Of a stretch of 64,000 nt of DNA, positions 18,823-28,661 are shown one piece after another (position 1 is the stretch's first letter; each line of letters begins with the position of its first letter). The notes under the pieces were generated by a model, which saw nothing but the letters and a program-made list of their open reading frames with translations, searched no databases and was not told the origin of the DNA. The DNA lies in contig PMCS01000029.1 of assembly GCA_003154195.1 (NCBI GenBank), positions 208,703 to 272,702 of the forward strand. The letters are read 5' to 3'. Source of the DNA: Candidatus Omnitrophota bacterium (GTDB taxonomy: Bacteria > Omnitrophota > Gorgyraeia > Duberdicusellales > 4484-171). A program made the translations under genes and the position numbers.

Positions 18823-20335
18823 ATGGATTGTTGCCCTATCGGTTATTCTGCCTACACTGATCGAAGTCATTGATACTTCGGTCGTTAATGTTTCTTTAGA
18901 TCACATCCGCGGCAGCCTTTCCGCCGGCCTCGATGAATCTACCTGGACGATTACCGCTTATCTTGTTTCCAACGCCATCATCATCCCTATTACCGGCTGG
19001 CTCAGCCGCGTCTTCGGCCGCAAACGGTATCTGATTTTTTCCGTAGCTCTGTTTACCGCCAGTTCCTTTATGTGCGGAGCGTCTACTACTCTGGGCATGC
19101 TGATTTTTTTTCGGATCCTGCAGGGTATCGGCGGCGGCGCGCTGCAGCCGATTTCCCAGTCAATTCTCCTGGAGGCTTTTCCGGTAGCGGAGCACGGGAT
19201 GGCCATGGCGATTTTCGGCAGCGGCGTGATGTTCGGGCCGATTATCGGGCCGATGCTGGGCGGCTGGATTACCGACAATTGGTCGTGGAACTGGATCTTT
19301 TATATTAATATCCCCATCGGCATTCTGTCGATTGTCATGATCGGCTTGTTTATCCACGACCCGGTTTATTTAAAACGCACCAAGCAAAAAATCGATTTCC
19401 GGGGGTTAGGGCTGCTTGTGGTTGGCCTGGGTGCTTTGCAGGTTGTGCTCGATAAGGGCCAGCGGGAAGATTGGTTCTCTTCGGGTTTAATCGTAAGGTT
19501 GTCGCTTGTCGCGGCGGCCTGCCTCATCGCTTTTATTATCGTGGAGCTTCGTTCTCCCGAGCCGGTGGTCAAACTGCGGTTATTTAAAAATATTTCTTTC
19601 GCCGCCGGCAACCTCGTCCAATTTTTCGCCTTTTTTGTTTTATTCGGCAGCATCGTGCTTGTTCCTATATATTTACAGCAGTTAATGGGCTATACCGCTT
19701 ATCTGGCCGGGTTAGCCCTTGCTCCCGGCGGTATTGCCACTCTTTTTTCGATGCCCCTAGTCGGGATACTGGTCGCTAAATATAATCCCAAAGGGCTTAT
19801 GGTTTTTGGCATTATCGTTACGGCGTATTCGATGCTGATTATGTCTTCCTTCAGCTTGCAGACCGATTTAGACGCGATTTTATGGTCGCGTATCGTAATG
19901 GGTTTCGGTTTAAGTTTTGTGTTTATCCCTATGGTCACCATGACTCTTTCCGGCGTCCCTAAGGAGGAGATGGGTTATGCCACCGCCATTTTTAATCTTC
20001 TGCGTAATCTCGGCGGCAGTTTCGGCGTAGCGTTTATTACCACGATAGTTGCCCGGCGCGCCCAATTCCACCAGGCGCGTTTCGCGGAAAATTTAACCCC
20101 TTTTCATCTGCCCTATCGGGCCGCCGGCCAATTTGCCGGCAGGGTATTGCAATCAAAAGGAGTTTCGCCGGCCGCGGCCGACGGCATTATTTACCAGCGC
20201 TTGATTAGAGAATCGAACATGATGGCGTTTCGCGATACATTTTTTTTCTCCGCCGTAATTATGATTTCGGTTCTGCTCCTGGTGTTTTTTCTTAAGCGGC
20301 CCAAAGGCGCGCCGGCCGTTGGAGCGATGCATTAG
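18815..20335 (+). CDS. emrB: DHA2 family MFS efflux permease (EmrB/QacA)
   Basis: IDTSVVNVSL, WTITAYL, FGRKR, RILQGIGGG, WIFYINIPIG, LDKGQREDWF. Confidence 0.94.
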   Translation: MSKWIVALSVILPTLIEVIDTSVVNVSLDHIRGSLSAGLDESTWTITAYLVSNAIIIPITGWLSRVFGRKRYLIFSVALFTASSFMCGASTTLGMLIFFRILQGIGGGALQPISQSILLEAFPVAEHGMAMAIFGSGVMFGPIIGPMLGGWITDNWSWNWIFYINIPIGILSIVMIGLFIHDPVYLKRTKQKIDFRGLGLLVVGLGALQVVLDKGQREDWFSSGLIVRLSLVAAACLIAFIIVELRSPEPVVKLRLFKNISFAAGNLVQFFAFFVLFGSIVLVPIYLQQLMGYTAYLAGLALAPGGIATLFSMPLVGILVAKYNPKGLMVFGIIVTAYSMLIMSSFSLQTDLDAILWSRIVMGFGLSFVFIPMVTMTLSGVPKEEMGYATAIFNLLRNLGGSFGVAFITTIVARRAQFHQARFAENLTPFHLPYRAAGQFAGRVLQSKGVSPAAADGIIYQRLIRESNMMAFRDTFFFSAVIMISVLLLVFFLKRPKGAPAVGAMH

Positions 20336-20396
20336 TTTCAAAATACCATCAAGAATTTTATGAAAAACAGGATGGAAACATGAAGAAATATCAAAG

Positions 20397-20566
20397 CAAC
20401 CACAGAGGTCTCAGAGAAGAACATGCCTCTCTGGGTTCTCTGAATGATAAAGAGTATTTTCTTCAATGGGTAACCGGGAGAATAATTTAAGAGTACACAG
20501 AGGAAGAAAGAGAAAAAACCGGTAATTTTTTATATTTTAATGATTTCTCTGGAGTCTCTGTGGTTA
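20397..20566. repeat. Inverted short-tandem-repeat arms (accacagag type)
   Basis: aaccacagaggtctcagag ... ctctggagtctctgtggtt; same type at 26285-26569 and 11270-11300. Confidence 0.65.
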
Positions 20567-20604
20567 ACTTTTGACAGAACGATTTTTAAATTAAGGAGGG
20601 CGCT

Positions 20605-21258
20605 ATGAAAATGAAATTGTTTATCGTTTTTTGTTTCGCGCTGCTGATTGTTGTTTGCGTTGCCGTTGCTTACGCGCAAAAGGCCAAATCAATCCGGCTT
20701 CTGCCGCCGCGGCTGGATAACGCTAAACCTTTGATGCAGTCGTTAAAGGAGAGGAAGTCGGGCCGCGAATTTAGTTCCCAGGAATTGCCTTTAGCGGTGT
20801 TGTCGGATATACTCTGGGCGGCTAACGGAATAAACCGGCCGGATTCGGGGCGCCGGACCGCGCCTTCCGCCATCAACATGCAGGAGATAGATATTTATGC
20901 CGCTAAGGCCGACGGGCTTTATTTATTCGACGCTAAAGAAAACGCGCTAAACTTAATTATAGCCCAGGATTTACGGGCTTTGACCGGCAGGCAGCCGTTC
21001 GCCGCAGACGCTCCCGTCAATCTTATTTATGTCGCCGACCTGTCTAAAATGAGTAAACTATCTGAAGAAGACCGAAACTTTTACTCCGCCACCGATACCG
21101 GCTTTATCAGCGAGAATGTTTACCTGTATTGCGCCGGCGCGGGATTGGTTACGGTAGTGCGCGGCGCGGTTGACCGGCCGGCTTTGGCGAAAGCGATGGG
21201 GTTACGGACCGACCAGAAGATAATTCTTGCCCAAACCGTGGGTTATCCCAAGCAGTAG
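20605..21258 (+). CDS. SagB/ThcOx-like nitroreductase-family protein with signal peptide
   Basis: ERKSGREFS, LWAANGINR, RTAPSA, ENVYLYC, QTVGYP. Confidence 0.88.
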   Translation: MKMKLFIVFCFALLIVVCVAVAYAQKAKSIRLLPPRLDNAKPLMQSLKERKSGREFSSQELPLAVLSDILWAANGINRPDSGRRTAPSAINMQEIDIYAAKADGLYLFDAKENALNLIIAQDLRALTGRQPFAADAPVNLIYVADLSKMSKLSEEDRNFYSATDTGFISENVYLYCAGAGLVTVVRGAVDRPALAKAMGLRTDQKIILAQTVGYPKQ

Positions 21259-21427
21259 AAAGAAGAAGAAAGCGGCGAGACTGGGATAGGAAAATATCCG
21301 CGTACCGTCTATCGGATTTACTTTTTTAAAAATTGTGATAGGCTGAGACGGTGCGGTAAACTTGTGAGCGCGTAAGCGTGTGAGGAAATACCTTAAAAGG
21401 GAAGATAGGGGAAAGAGGGGAATTAAA

Positions 21428-21634
21428 ATGAAAACACCGTTAAAAGTTTCCGGCGCGATTTTTTTGCTGGTATCCCTTTTGCATATTCTACGGCTCATTT
21501 TTAAAATTCCGGTGGCCGCGGCAGGTTATACCGTGCCGATGTTTTTCAGCGTTATCGGGGCGTTGGCTGCGCTGGTTCTGGCGGTATGGATGTTCAACTC
21601 GGCCCGGCAAGGTTCGAGCGCAGTTGAACAATGA
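21428..21634 (+). CDS. Small two-TM membrane protein
   Basis: MKTPLKVSGAIFLLVSLLHILRL...; ATG 21428 after GAGGGG. Confidence 0.7.
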   Translation: MKTPLKVSGAIFLLVSLLHILRLIFKIPVAAAGYTVPMFFSVIGALAALVLAVWMFNSARQGSSAVEQ

Positions 21635-21671
21635 AACTAAGCCCTGCCGCGTACGGCAGACCAAGTTTCAT
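21591..21671 (+). repeat. Tandem boxed hairpin cassettes
   Basis: tgttcaact...agttgaaca then aatgaaactaag-ccctgccgcgtacggcag-accaagtttcat; paralog at 60796-60838. Confidence 0.75.
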
Positions 21672-21718
21672 CGGCTCGAAGGGGTTGTTAAAAAATAACT
21701 ATACCGGTAAAATAATTT

Positions 21719-22819
21719 ATGACGGACAAAGCAAAAATCCTGGTAGTTGACGACGAGCCTTTAAATATAAAACTTCTGGAGGCGAACCTTTTGTCTCAGG
21801 GTTACGATGTTGTCGCCGCATCCAGCGGCCAAGATGCTTTAAAGATTCTTGAAGAAAACGATATTGATTTAGTCCTGCTCGATGTGATGATGCCGGGCCT
21901 TGACGGCATCGAGGTAGCCAAACGTATCCGCGCCAACGAAAAAACCAGCCTCCTGCCCATAGTGCTGGTTACTTCCTTAAGAGATATTTCCGACCGCATC
22001 AAAGGCATCGAAGCCGGAAGCGACGATTTTATTTCCAAGCCCTTCGATAAAGAAGAGTTACTTGCCCGGGTAAAATCTCTGTTGCGCATAAAATATCTGC
22101 ATGAGCAATTGCGGGAAAATTATCGCAAGCTTAAATCGCTGGAAGAAATGAAAGACAGCCTTACCCATATGATTGTCCACGATTTGAATAATCCCCTGGC
22201 GATTATTTTTCTCAAATGCCAGATTTTAGCGGACAGCCTGGGAGAAAAAATTACCGCTTCACAAAAAGAAGATATCAGCGATATCCTCGTTTCGGCGCGG
22301 GAATTAAAAAGGATGATCGGCAATATCCTTGATATCAATAAAATGGAAGAGGGGCGCTTGGCGTTGCGCCGGGAAAATTTTTCCTTAACGGATTTGGCCG
22401 CCGAAGTTGCCGAAGAAATGAAAATTACGGCCGGCCCGGCAGGACAATCTTTATCGGCGCAAGCGGCTTCCGCGATGCCGGAAATGTTTGCCGATAAAGA
22501 TCTGATCCGCCGGGCGATCATCAATCTGGTGAGCAACGCTTTAAAATTCACGCCCGAAGGGGGCCATATCGATATAATCTCTTCCTTTGACCCCGCCTCT
22601 AAAAAATTACGCGTCGAGGTTAAAGACAACGGAATCGGCATACCACAGGAATATCTCCAGAAAATTTTCGATAAATTTTTTCAGATAAACCATGATCAAA
22701 TAAGAGCCGGCCGAGGGCTGGGTTTGACTTTTTGCAGACTGGTCGTGGAGGCGCATGGCGGCTCTATCTGGGTGGAAAGCCGGGAGGGAAAAGGCAGCGC
22801 TTTTATCTTTACCATATAA
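21719..22819 (+). CDS. Hybrid REC-HisKA-HATPase kinase
   Basis: N-terminal receiver (LLDVMMP), HDLNNPL H-box, NALKFT, GRGLGLTFC. Confidence 0.93.
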   Translation: MTDKAKILVVDDEPLNIKLLEANLLSQGYDVVAASSGQDALKILEENDIDLVLLDVMMPGLDGIEVAKRIRANEKTSLLPIVLVTSLRDISDRIKGIEAGSDDFISKPFDKEELLARVKSLLRIKYLHEQLRENYRKLKSLEEMKDSLTHMIVHDLNNPLAIIFLKCQILADSLGEKITASQKEDISDILVSARELKRMIGNILDINKMEEGRLALRRENFSLTDLAAEVAEEMKITAGPAGQSLSAQAASAMPEMFADKDLIRRAIINLVSNALKFTPEGGHIDIISSFDPASKKLRVEVKDNGIGIPQEYLQKIFDKFFQINHDQIRAGRGLGLTFCRLVVEAHGGSIWVESREGKGSAFIFTI

Positions 22820-22846
22820 AAAAATTCGTCGCTACCGTAAAGGAAT

Positions 22847-25846
22847 ATGTTTAAATTTCTATCATTGCCTGAAAGAACCCCTCCCATGCCCTCCGGCCGG
22901 TTTACCCGGCGTTATTTCCAGATTGTTTTCATCATGGCTTCCGCCGTGATCATTTCTTCCTGTACGGTTATTGTTTATTACGCTTGCCGTCGCGTTTATC
23001 AGGAAAGAGATGTTTTATTCAAACAATATTTGCGCGATAACAAAAAATATTCCAACAGTTACCTGGAAAGCATGGCCAATAATATTAATTATCTGGCCGA
23101 TACTTTATCGGAAGGCGATTCCGGCAATAAGCCGGCGGCGGATGGCGCGGATACGGATATAAGGAAACGCCTGGAAAATATTTTCGCCCCGGTTTTAAAA
23201 GCAGAAGGCGACCGCATCGCGCAAATATTCTGCAGCGATAGAAACAGCCGCAAGGTTTTCACTTTTGAAAGCAAAGATAACGAATTAAAGGTTTCCGATG
23301 ACAACGGCTCATCTGCCGGTTTAAGCTTTAATAAAAAAGTAATCCTGTCCCCCGGCGTCGTTTATATGTCCCCGGTTTTTTTAGACCGGTCCGCGGCCAT
23401 TCCGGTAAAACCTTACGTTCCGGTGGTTGAATTTTCCCGGGGCCTTTTTGACGCCGCCGGAAAACCTACCGGAGTGATCGGTATAAGATTCAGCGTCAAA
23501 AGTATTATCCGTGTCTTTCAGTCCATCAGGAGTATGCCTGACGCCGAAGTATTTATCGCCGATGCCAAAGGGTATTATTTACGTAACGGCGACAATCAAA
23601 AAGAATGGGGTGCGCCGCGCGATTTAGGTACCCGGTGGAATGTTAAGAAAGATTTCCCTTTCTATTACCGGGAAATTCTCAACCAGGAAAGCGGATTTAT
23701 TTATGACCGCGATAAAAAACAATATATATATTTTTCCAGTTTCTCTCCTTATTCCGCTTCTCAAGATAAGTGGATCGTCGCTGCTGTGGTGGCGCGGAAT
23801 AAATTTTTTACCCCTTTGTATAAAACTGCCGGCATAACAACTCTTGGTTTTTTGGCCCTGTTTTTTCTTATCTTCGCGTTGCTGCGCCACGCCGAAAACC
23901 AGATTTTAAAATACGCCGGGGAGCTGGAAGAGCAAAAAAACACGTTACAGAACAGCTACGTATTCTTACAAAGGATCATCGACAGCATGCCTAATCCCGT
24001 TTTTTACCAGGATTCTTGCGGGCAGTGCCTTGGCTGTAATATCGCTTTTCAGGATTATTTCGGGATCAAAAAAGAAACAATCATCGGCCGCCGCGTTTAT
24101 GATATCCTGCCGGTAGAAGATCCGCAAGGATTTTGCGAACAGGACGCGGCACTTTTACTGGAAGACAATAAGCGGTCGGCCGGCGCGGCTAAAGTCCGGC
24201 GCGCCGACAAAAATTTTCGCGACGTGATTTTTTATAAAGCAAGTTATCGGCAGGGCCATGGCGAGCGCAACGGCGTAGTCAGCGTCATGATCGATGTCAC
24301 CGAAAGGAATATCCTGGAGCAAAATTTAGCGCAGGCTAAGGAATCTGCCGAATCGGCCAGCCGCGCCAAAAGCGCGTTTCTGGCGGCGATGTCCCATGAA
24401 TTACGTACGCCCTTAAACGCGATTATCGGTTTTTCCGAGTTGTTGGCCGGCGAAAGTTTCGGCAAATTACTCGATAAACAAAAAGAATATATCAATGATA
24501 TTTGGAGCAGCGGCAAACATTTGCTGGCCTTGATCAACGATATCCTTGATCTTTCCAAGATCGAAGCGGGAAAATTAGAGCTGCATCTGGATGAGATTGA
24601 TTTAAAAAATATTTTGGAATCAAGTTTTGTGATGATCAAAGAAAAAGCGTATCGCCAGGGCATAGCCCTTATTCTGGACGTTGCCGACGGCATCGCAAAA
24701 GTTGAAGCCGACGAGCAGAAAATAAAACAGGTCATGTACAATCTTCTTTCCAACGCCGTAAAGTTTACCCCCCAGGGAGGAAAAATCGGCGTGGTCGCGG
24801 CAAAGTCCAGCGAAAACAATATCCTTGTTTCGGTATGGGATACGGGGATCGGCATCGAAGACAAAGACAAAGACAAGATTTTTAAGGAATTCATGCAGAT
24901 CGACAATACCCTTACCCGCCAATTCGCCGGGACCGGCCTGGGCCTGGCGCTGGTTAAAAAAATAATCGAGCTTCACGGCGGGAAAATTTGGTTCGAAAGC
25001 GCGGGGAAGAACCAGGGCGTTAAATTCAGTTTTACTATTCCGCAGATAAAATTGGACCGGCTTAGTTACGCCGGAATCGCAGGAAAAATCGATGCCGTTA
25101 AACTCAAGCCCAGCCCTTTGACGGTTTTTATGCTCCACTGGGATAATTATGACCGGTTTGCCGGCAGCGCCGACATAACAAAAATCAATAGCGCGTTTTT
25201 CGGCCTTAAGAAAGATTTCAGCGAAATTGCCCAACTCGAAGATTTTATCATTGATAACAACAATGCGATTATCGCGCTCGCCTCCCTTGATAAGAATGCC
25301 GCGCCGAAAGCGGCGAAAGCTTTTCTTCAGGAGGTAAAAAAAGCCATTTTTGATTTCGACAACAGCTTTGAGGCCGAATTCTCTTACGGATTTTCCACTT
25401 ACCCCGATGACGGGAAAAATTTTGATGAGCTGGCGCGTAAGGCAAAAGAAAATTATCTTAACGAGCGAGGCTTAAGATTGCAGAAAAGGATAATGATCAT
25501 CGATGACGAACCGGCGGTGTTAAACGCTACAAAAAATACTCTGAAGCAGTTCGGCTATAGTAACTTTGACAGCGCCTATAGCGGCGCGGACGCCCTGGGA
25601 AAAATAGAGATAAACCATCCGGAGTTGATCATCCTTGATATACAAATGCCCGGGATGAGCGGTTATGAATTTATCGGAAGGATTAAAGAGAATACCCATA
25701 CGCAGGCAATCCCGATTTTAATTATTTCCGGTTATCACGTGGAAATGGCGCGAATCAGCGAGTACATAAAAAATAAAGCTATTCCGATTCTGGGTAAACC
25801 TTTCGAAGCCAACCAGGTGGCGAAGCTGGTGTGGTATTTGTTGTAA
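22847..25846 (+). CDS. Hybrid sensor kinase (Cache-PAS-HisKA-HATPase-degenerate GGDEF-like-REC)
   Basis: Two TMs around a Cache-like domain, SHELRTPLN, GTGLGLA, SYGFSTYPDDGKNFDEL, C-terminal LDIQMPGMSG receiver. Confidence 0.9.
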   Translation: MFKFLSLPERTPPMPSGRFTRRYFQIVFIMASAVIISSCTVIVYYACRRVYQERDVLFKQYLRDNKKYSNSYLESMANNINYLADTLSEGDSGNKPAADGADTDIRKRLENIFAPVLKAEGDRIAQIFCSDRNSRKVFTFESKDNELKVSDDNGSSAGLSFNKKVILSPGVVYMSPVFLDRSAAIPVKPYVPVVEFSRGLFDAAGKPTGVIGIRFSVKSIIRVFQSIRSMPDAEVFIADAKGYYLRNGDNQKEWGAPRDLGTRWNVKKDFPFYYREILNQESGFIYDRDKKQYIYFSSFSPYSASQDKWIVAAVVARNKFFTPLYKTAGITTLGFLALFFLIFALLRHAENQILKYAGELEEQKNTLQNSYVFLQRIIDSMPNPVFYQDSCGQCLGCNIAFQDYFGIKKETIIGRRVYDILPVEDPQGFCEQDAALLLEDNKRSAGAAKVRRADKNFRDVIFYKASYRQGHGERNGVVSVMIDVTERNILEQNLAQAKESAESASRAKSAFLAAMSHELRTPLNAIIGFSELLAGESFGKLLDKQKEYINDIWSSGKHLLALINDILDLSKIEAGKLELHLDEIDLKNILESSFVMIKEKAYRQGIALILDVADGIAKVEADEQKIKQVMYNLLSNAVKFTPQGGKIGVVAAKSSENNILVSVWDTGIGIEDKDKDKIFKEFMQIDNTLTRQFAGTGLGLALVKKIIELHGGKIWFESAGKNQGVKFSFTIPQIKLDRLSYAGIAGKIDAVKLKPSPLTVFMLHWDNYDRFAGSADITKINSAFFGLKKDFSEIAQLEDFIIDNNNAIIALASLDKNAAPKAAKAFLQEVKKAIFDFDNSFEAEFSYGFSTYPDDGKNFDELARKAKENYLNERGLRLQKRIMIIDDEPAVLNATKNTLKQFGYSNFDSAYSGADALGKIEINHPELIILDIQMPGMSGYEFIGRIKENTHTQAIPILIISGYHVEMARISEYIKNKAIPILGKPFEANQVAKLVWYLL

Positions 25847-25852
25847 AAGAAT

Positions 25853-26257
25853 ATGAAAACATGCCCGGTTTGTTTTAAAGAATTTAGCGGTAACGCCGGT
25901 ATCTGCGATGAATGCTTTATTGTAACCAGAAGAAAGAAGCTAAATGAGTTGTCGAAACGTTTCACGTTGTTGCTTTTAATCGCCGCCTTGATTTACGCCA
26001 ACAGCAAAGACATGGAGGGGGCAGGCAATTATATCCGGCGCCGGTCAAAACGAGCGGCGGCTGATTTTAGTAAATTATGGGATGCCTTGAAAGAAATGCC
26101 CCGGGATTTCCTGCGGGGCGTTAATTCACGGGACAGTTTTACCGGGGAGCCGGGTTATCTTAAGGGCCGGGGAGAACGCCCGCGCAATATATCTCCTGGC
26201 GATTTGGGAGGGGGCGGAATCGAAAATTTTACCCGGCAAGTGTATAGTGGTAATTAA
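25853..26257 (+). CDS. Hypothetical protein with N-terminal zinc ribbon and TM helix
   Basis: CPVC...CDEC followed by a hydrophobic segment. Confidence 0.55.
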   Translation: MKTCPVCFKEFSGNAGICDECFIVTRRKKLNELSKRFTLLLLIAALIYANSKDMEGAGNYIRRRSKRAAADFSKLWDALKEMPRDFLRGVNSRDSFTGEPGYLKGRGERPRNISPGDLGGGGIENFTRQVYSGN

Positions 26258-26607
26258 GGTAGCGTCAAATAGAATATGAAGGCAACCACAGAGTTCACAG
26301 AGGGGAAATTAAACCTCTGTGTTCTCGAAGAAATGGACAAAGGCGATAAAAACACCATTGTCCATAGATATTTCTCAAAATTACTCTTAAAAAAATAAAA
26401 GATAACAGAGTTGCCAAATCATCTGACAAATTTTTATAATGTTGCTGGTTTTTGGTTTGCGTGTCCCGACTACACCAAAGTATTATTTTTTGGTCTGTTT
26501 TAAGAGTGCACAGAGGGGGGATACCATAATTCATTGATATTTAATAATTTCTCTGTGACCTCTGTGGTTTATTTTTACAAAATGATTAGATAAGGGAGGG
26601 AAGAGAT

Positions 26608-26877
26608 ATGAAGATTGAAGTAAAAAAATTGTCGGTTCAGGAAATCGAAAAACTGGGGATAAAAGATTGGCCGATCTGGGAAAAAGAAGCAAGTACTTTT
26701 GATTGGCATTATGACGAAAAAGAGATGTGTTATTTCTTGGAAGGCGATGTAGAAGTATCAACCGAAAGCGGCGAAAAAGTTAAATGTGGTAAAGGCGATT
26801 TCGTAACTTTTCCCCGGGGGTTGGCATGCAGATGGAACATTAAAAAGGCAGTCCGCAAGCATTATAAATTTGAATAA
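26608..26877 (+). CDS. Small cupin domain protein (DUF861-like)
   Basis: WPIWEKE, FDWHY, EMCYFLEG, GDFVTFPRG, VRKHY; strong RBS. Confidence 0.9.
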   Translation: MKIEVKKLSVQEIEKLGIKDWPIWEKEASTFDWHYDEKEMCYFLEGDVEVSTESGEKVKCGKGDFVTFPRGLACRWNIKKAVRKHYKFE

Positions 26878-26918
26878 TTTTTATTTTTGCGGAGCGCAAG
26901 CATAGTTGCGAAAGCTTC

Positions 26919-26985
26919 GTGGAAATATCCTGCCCGGAGAGCGTGAAATTTTCACGGTATCCAGGCGCATCGGGATAGTCCAACT
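26919..26985 (+). repeat. Boxed hairpin cassette variant
   Basis: gtggaaata-tcctg...cggga-tagtccaact with internal cgtgaaa/tttcacg hairpin. Confidence 0.55.
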
Positions 26986-27082
26986 AAAGGCATTCATCAC
27001 GCCTTCGGTTTATAAATGCCTGGTGCACTGCCAAATTAATTTTTAATGGTATCATTTGCTAAAAAAGGAGGAACGCTGAAAA

Positions 27083-27898
27083 ATGTATGCGACTTACTGG
27101 AATTTAAAAAAGATGCCTTTTGAGAATACGCCTGATCCACACTTTTTGTATCGTTCCCCGCAGCATGAGGAAGCATTGGCACGAATGTTATACGCTATTC
27201 GATACCGTAAGGGAGGGGGCTTAGTTACAGGTGTCTTTGGTTGCGGAAAGACCATTCTGGTGCAGGCAATTCTTGATGAGATAAAACAAGATCGATATAA
27301 AACCGCTATTGTCAATAATCCTCAATTAGACTACGCAGAACTTTTAAGGGCAATTGTACGTAGCCTCAAGGCAATTGAGTTACCCCAGAAAAAAACCGAA
27401 CTTTCAGCAGATTATCTTTTGGAGGTTCTTAACCAAATACTCCTGAATAATATGCGTGATGGAAAAGAGACGGTAATTATTATTGATGAAGCGCATATCA
27501 TCCAGGATGAGCGTGTCTTTGAAGAATTGAGACTGCTTTTAAACTTTCAACTTAGAGAACGCTTCTTGCTCACCCTTCTTCTTTTAGGACAGCCGGAACT
27601 AAAACAGAAGATTGAAGATAATAAACAATTAGAACAACGTATCGCCGTTAAAGCCAATCTTCAGCCCTTAGATTTAGAAAATACCAAAAGATATATCGAC
27701 CATCGTTTAGCAGTAGCGGGGCAGACAGAACAGATCTTTAGTGATGGAGCGATAGGGTTAATCCAAGAAAATTCTGGAGGTATTCCCAGACGCATAAACA
27801 ATCTTTGTGATATTTGTTTGTTAAATGGTTCTGATAAAAAGGTAAGTCTAATTGATGAGGAGATAGTAACGCAGGTGGCTGAATACGAGTCTTCCTAG
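27083..27898 (+). CDS. ExeA/GspA-like AAA ATPase, copy 1
   Basis: YWNLKKMPFENTPDP, Walker A GVFGCGKT, IIIDEAH, LLGQPEL, GGIPRRINNLCD. Confidence 0.92.
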   Translation: MYATYWNLKKMPFENTPDPHFLYRSPQHEEALARMLYAIRYRKGGGLVTGVFGCGKTILVQAILDEIKQDRYKTAIVNNPQLDYAELLRAIVRSLKAIELPQKKTELSADYLLEVLNQILLNNMRDGKETVIIIDEAHIIQDERVFEELRLLLNFQLRERFLLTLLLLGQPELKQKIEDNKQLEQRIAVKANLQPLDLENTKRYIDHRLAVAGQTEQIFSDGAIGLIQENSGGIPRRINNLCDICLLNGSDKKVSLIDEEIVTQVAEYESS

Positions 27899-27934
27899 GG
27901 GACGCGGATGAGATGCCGGGTTATTATCTTAACT

Positions 27935-27993
27935 AATGAGACTTCGATTTTTCCAAGTCCCGGAGGGACGCTGGGAAAATCGGTAGTCGAATT
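27935..27993 (+). repeat. Boxed hairpin cassette
   Basis: aatgagactt-cgatttttcc...gggaaaatcgg-tagtcgaatt. Confidence 0.8.
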
Positions 27994-28018
27994 ATCTGTC
28001 GGCTAAAGAGGGAAGGTT

Positions 28019-28165
28019 AATTCCACTACCGCCTCAATCTGCGCCCCCGCCATCCCATAGATGGCGAGGTCTCGTCAATTCGTTTAACGAATTGACGGAC
28101 TTCGGGCTTGATAATTCAACTAAGCCCGGAGTACCGGGCAAGTTTCATTACGGCGAAGTCTCATT
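28019..28165 (-). repeat. Long boxed hairpin cassette with nested 37-bp cassette (28113-28149)
   Basis: Reverse complement of 17542-17652 interrupted by a copy of 11875-11911. Confidence 0.88.
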
Positions 28166-28220
28166 AAAAATGTGTTGAGATATTTCAATTATGTTATAAA
28201 ATGATAAATTGAGGTACGAT

Positions 28221-28601
28221 ATGCCAGCAAAGAAGAAAGTTTTCATCGCGGAAGATGAAGAGCCGGTATTCATCAGCTTAAAGAAGCTGTTGCTTTTTTC
28301 CGGGTTTGATGTTGACGGGGCAATGAACGCCCGTGAAGTCGTGCCGCAAATAAAGTCTTTTAAGCCGGACGCGATTCTTCTGGATATAAAAATGCCCGAA
28401 TTGAGCGGGTTTGAGATTTGCGCGCTGCTTAAGACGGATGGGGAAACGAAAAATATACCGATTTTTGTCCTTTCCGCGCTGGCCGGAGAAGAAGATTTGA
28501 AAAAAGCGGCAGAGCTGGGAGTTGTGGGATATTTTTCCAAACCCTATGATTATTTGAAGTTAAAGAGAGAGATCGAATCGGCAATCGATAAAGCAAAATG
28601 A
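28221..28601 (+). CDS. Single-domain response regulator
   Basis: VFIAEDE, LLDIKMPELSG, LSA, KPY. Confidence 0.9.
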   Translation: MPAKKKVFIAEDEEPVFISLKKLLLFSGFDVDGAMNAREVVPQIKSFKPDAILLDIKMPELSGFEICALLKTDGETKNIPIFVLSALAGEEDLKKAAELGVVGYFSKPYDYLKLKREIESAIDKAK

Positions 28602-28661
28602 AAAATATTGGAATCACAATGATAGTTTAGGCAATAAGTCGTCCCGACCGAGGAGGCTAAT

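Noticed and set aside
20605-21258. SagB dehydrogenase as part of an azole-RiPP pathway
   Set aside because: No YcaO or precursor nearby, it has a signal peptide and it lies 19 kb from the RiPP cluster; stand-alone nitroreductase-family protein.
26295-26534. 79-aa minus-strand ORF between cacagag repeat arms as cargo gene
   Set aside because: No recognisable motif or RBS and both ends lie in repeat sequence, so it cannot be supported.
10823-28165. Integron attC sites
   Set aside because: Ends do not fit RYYYAAC...GTTRRRY, the units are not arranged one per gene cassette, and no integrase is visible.
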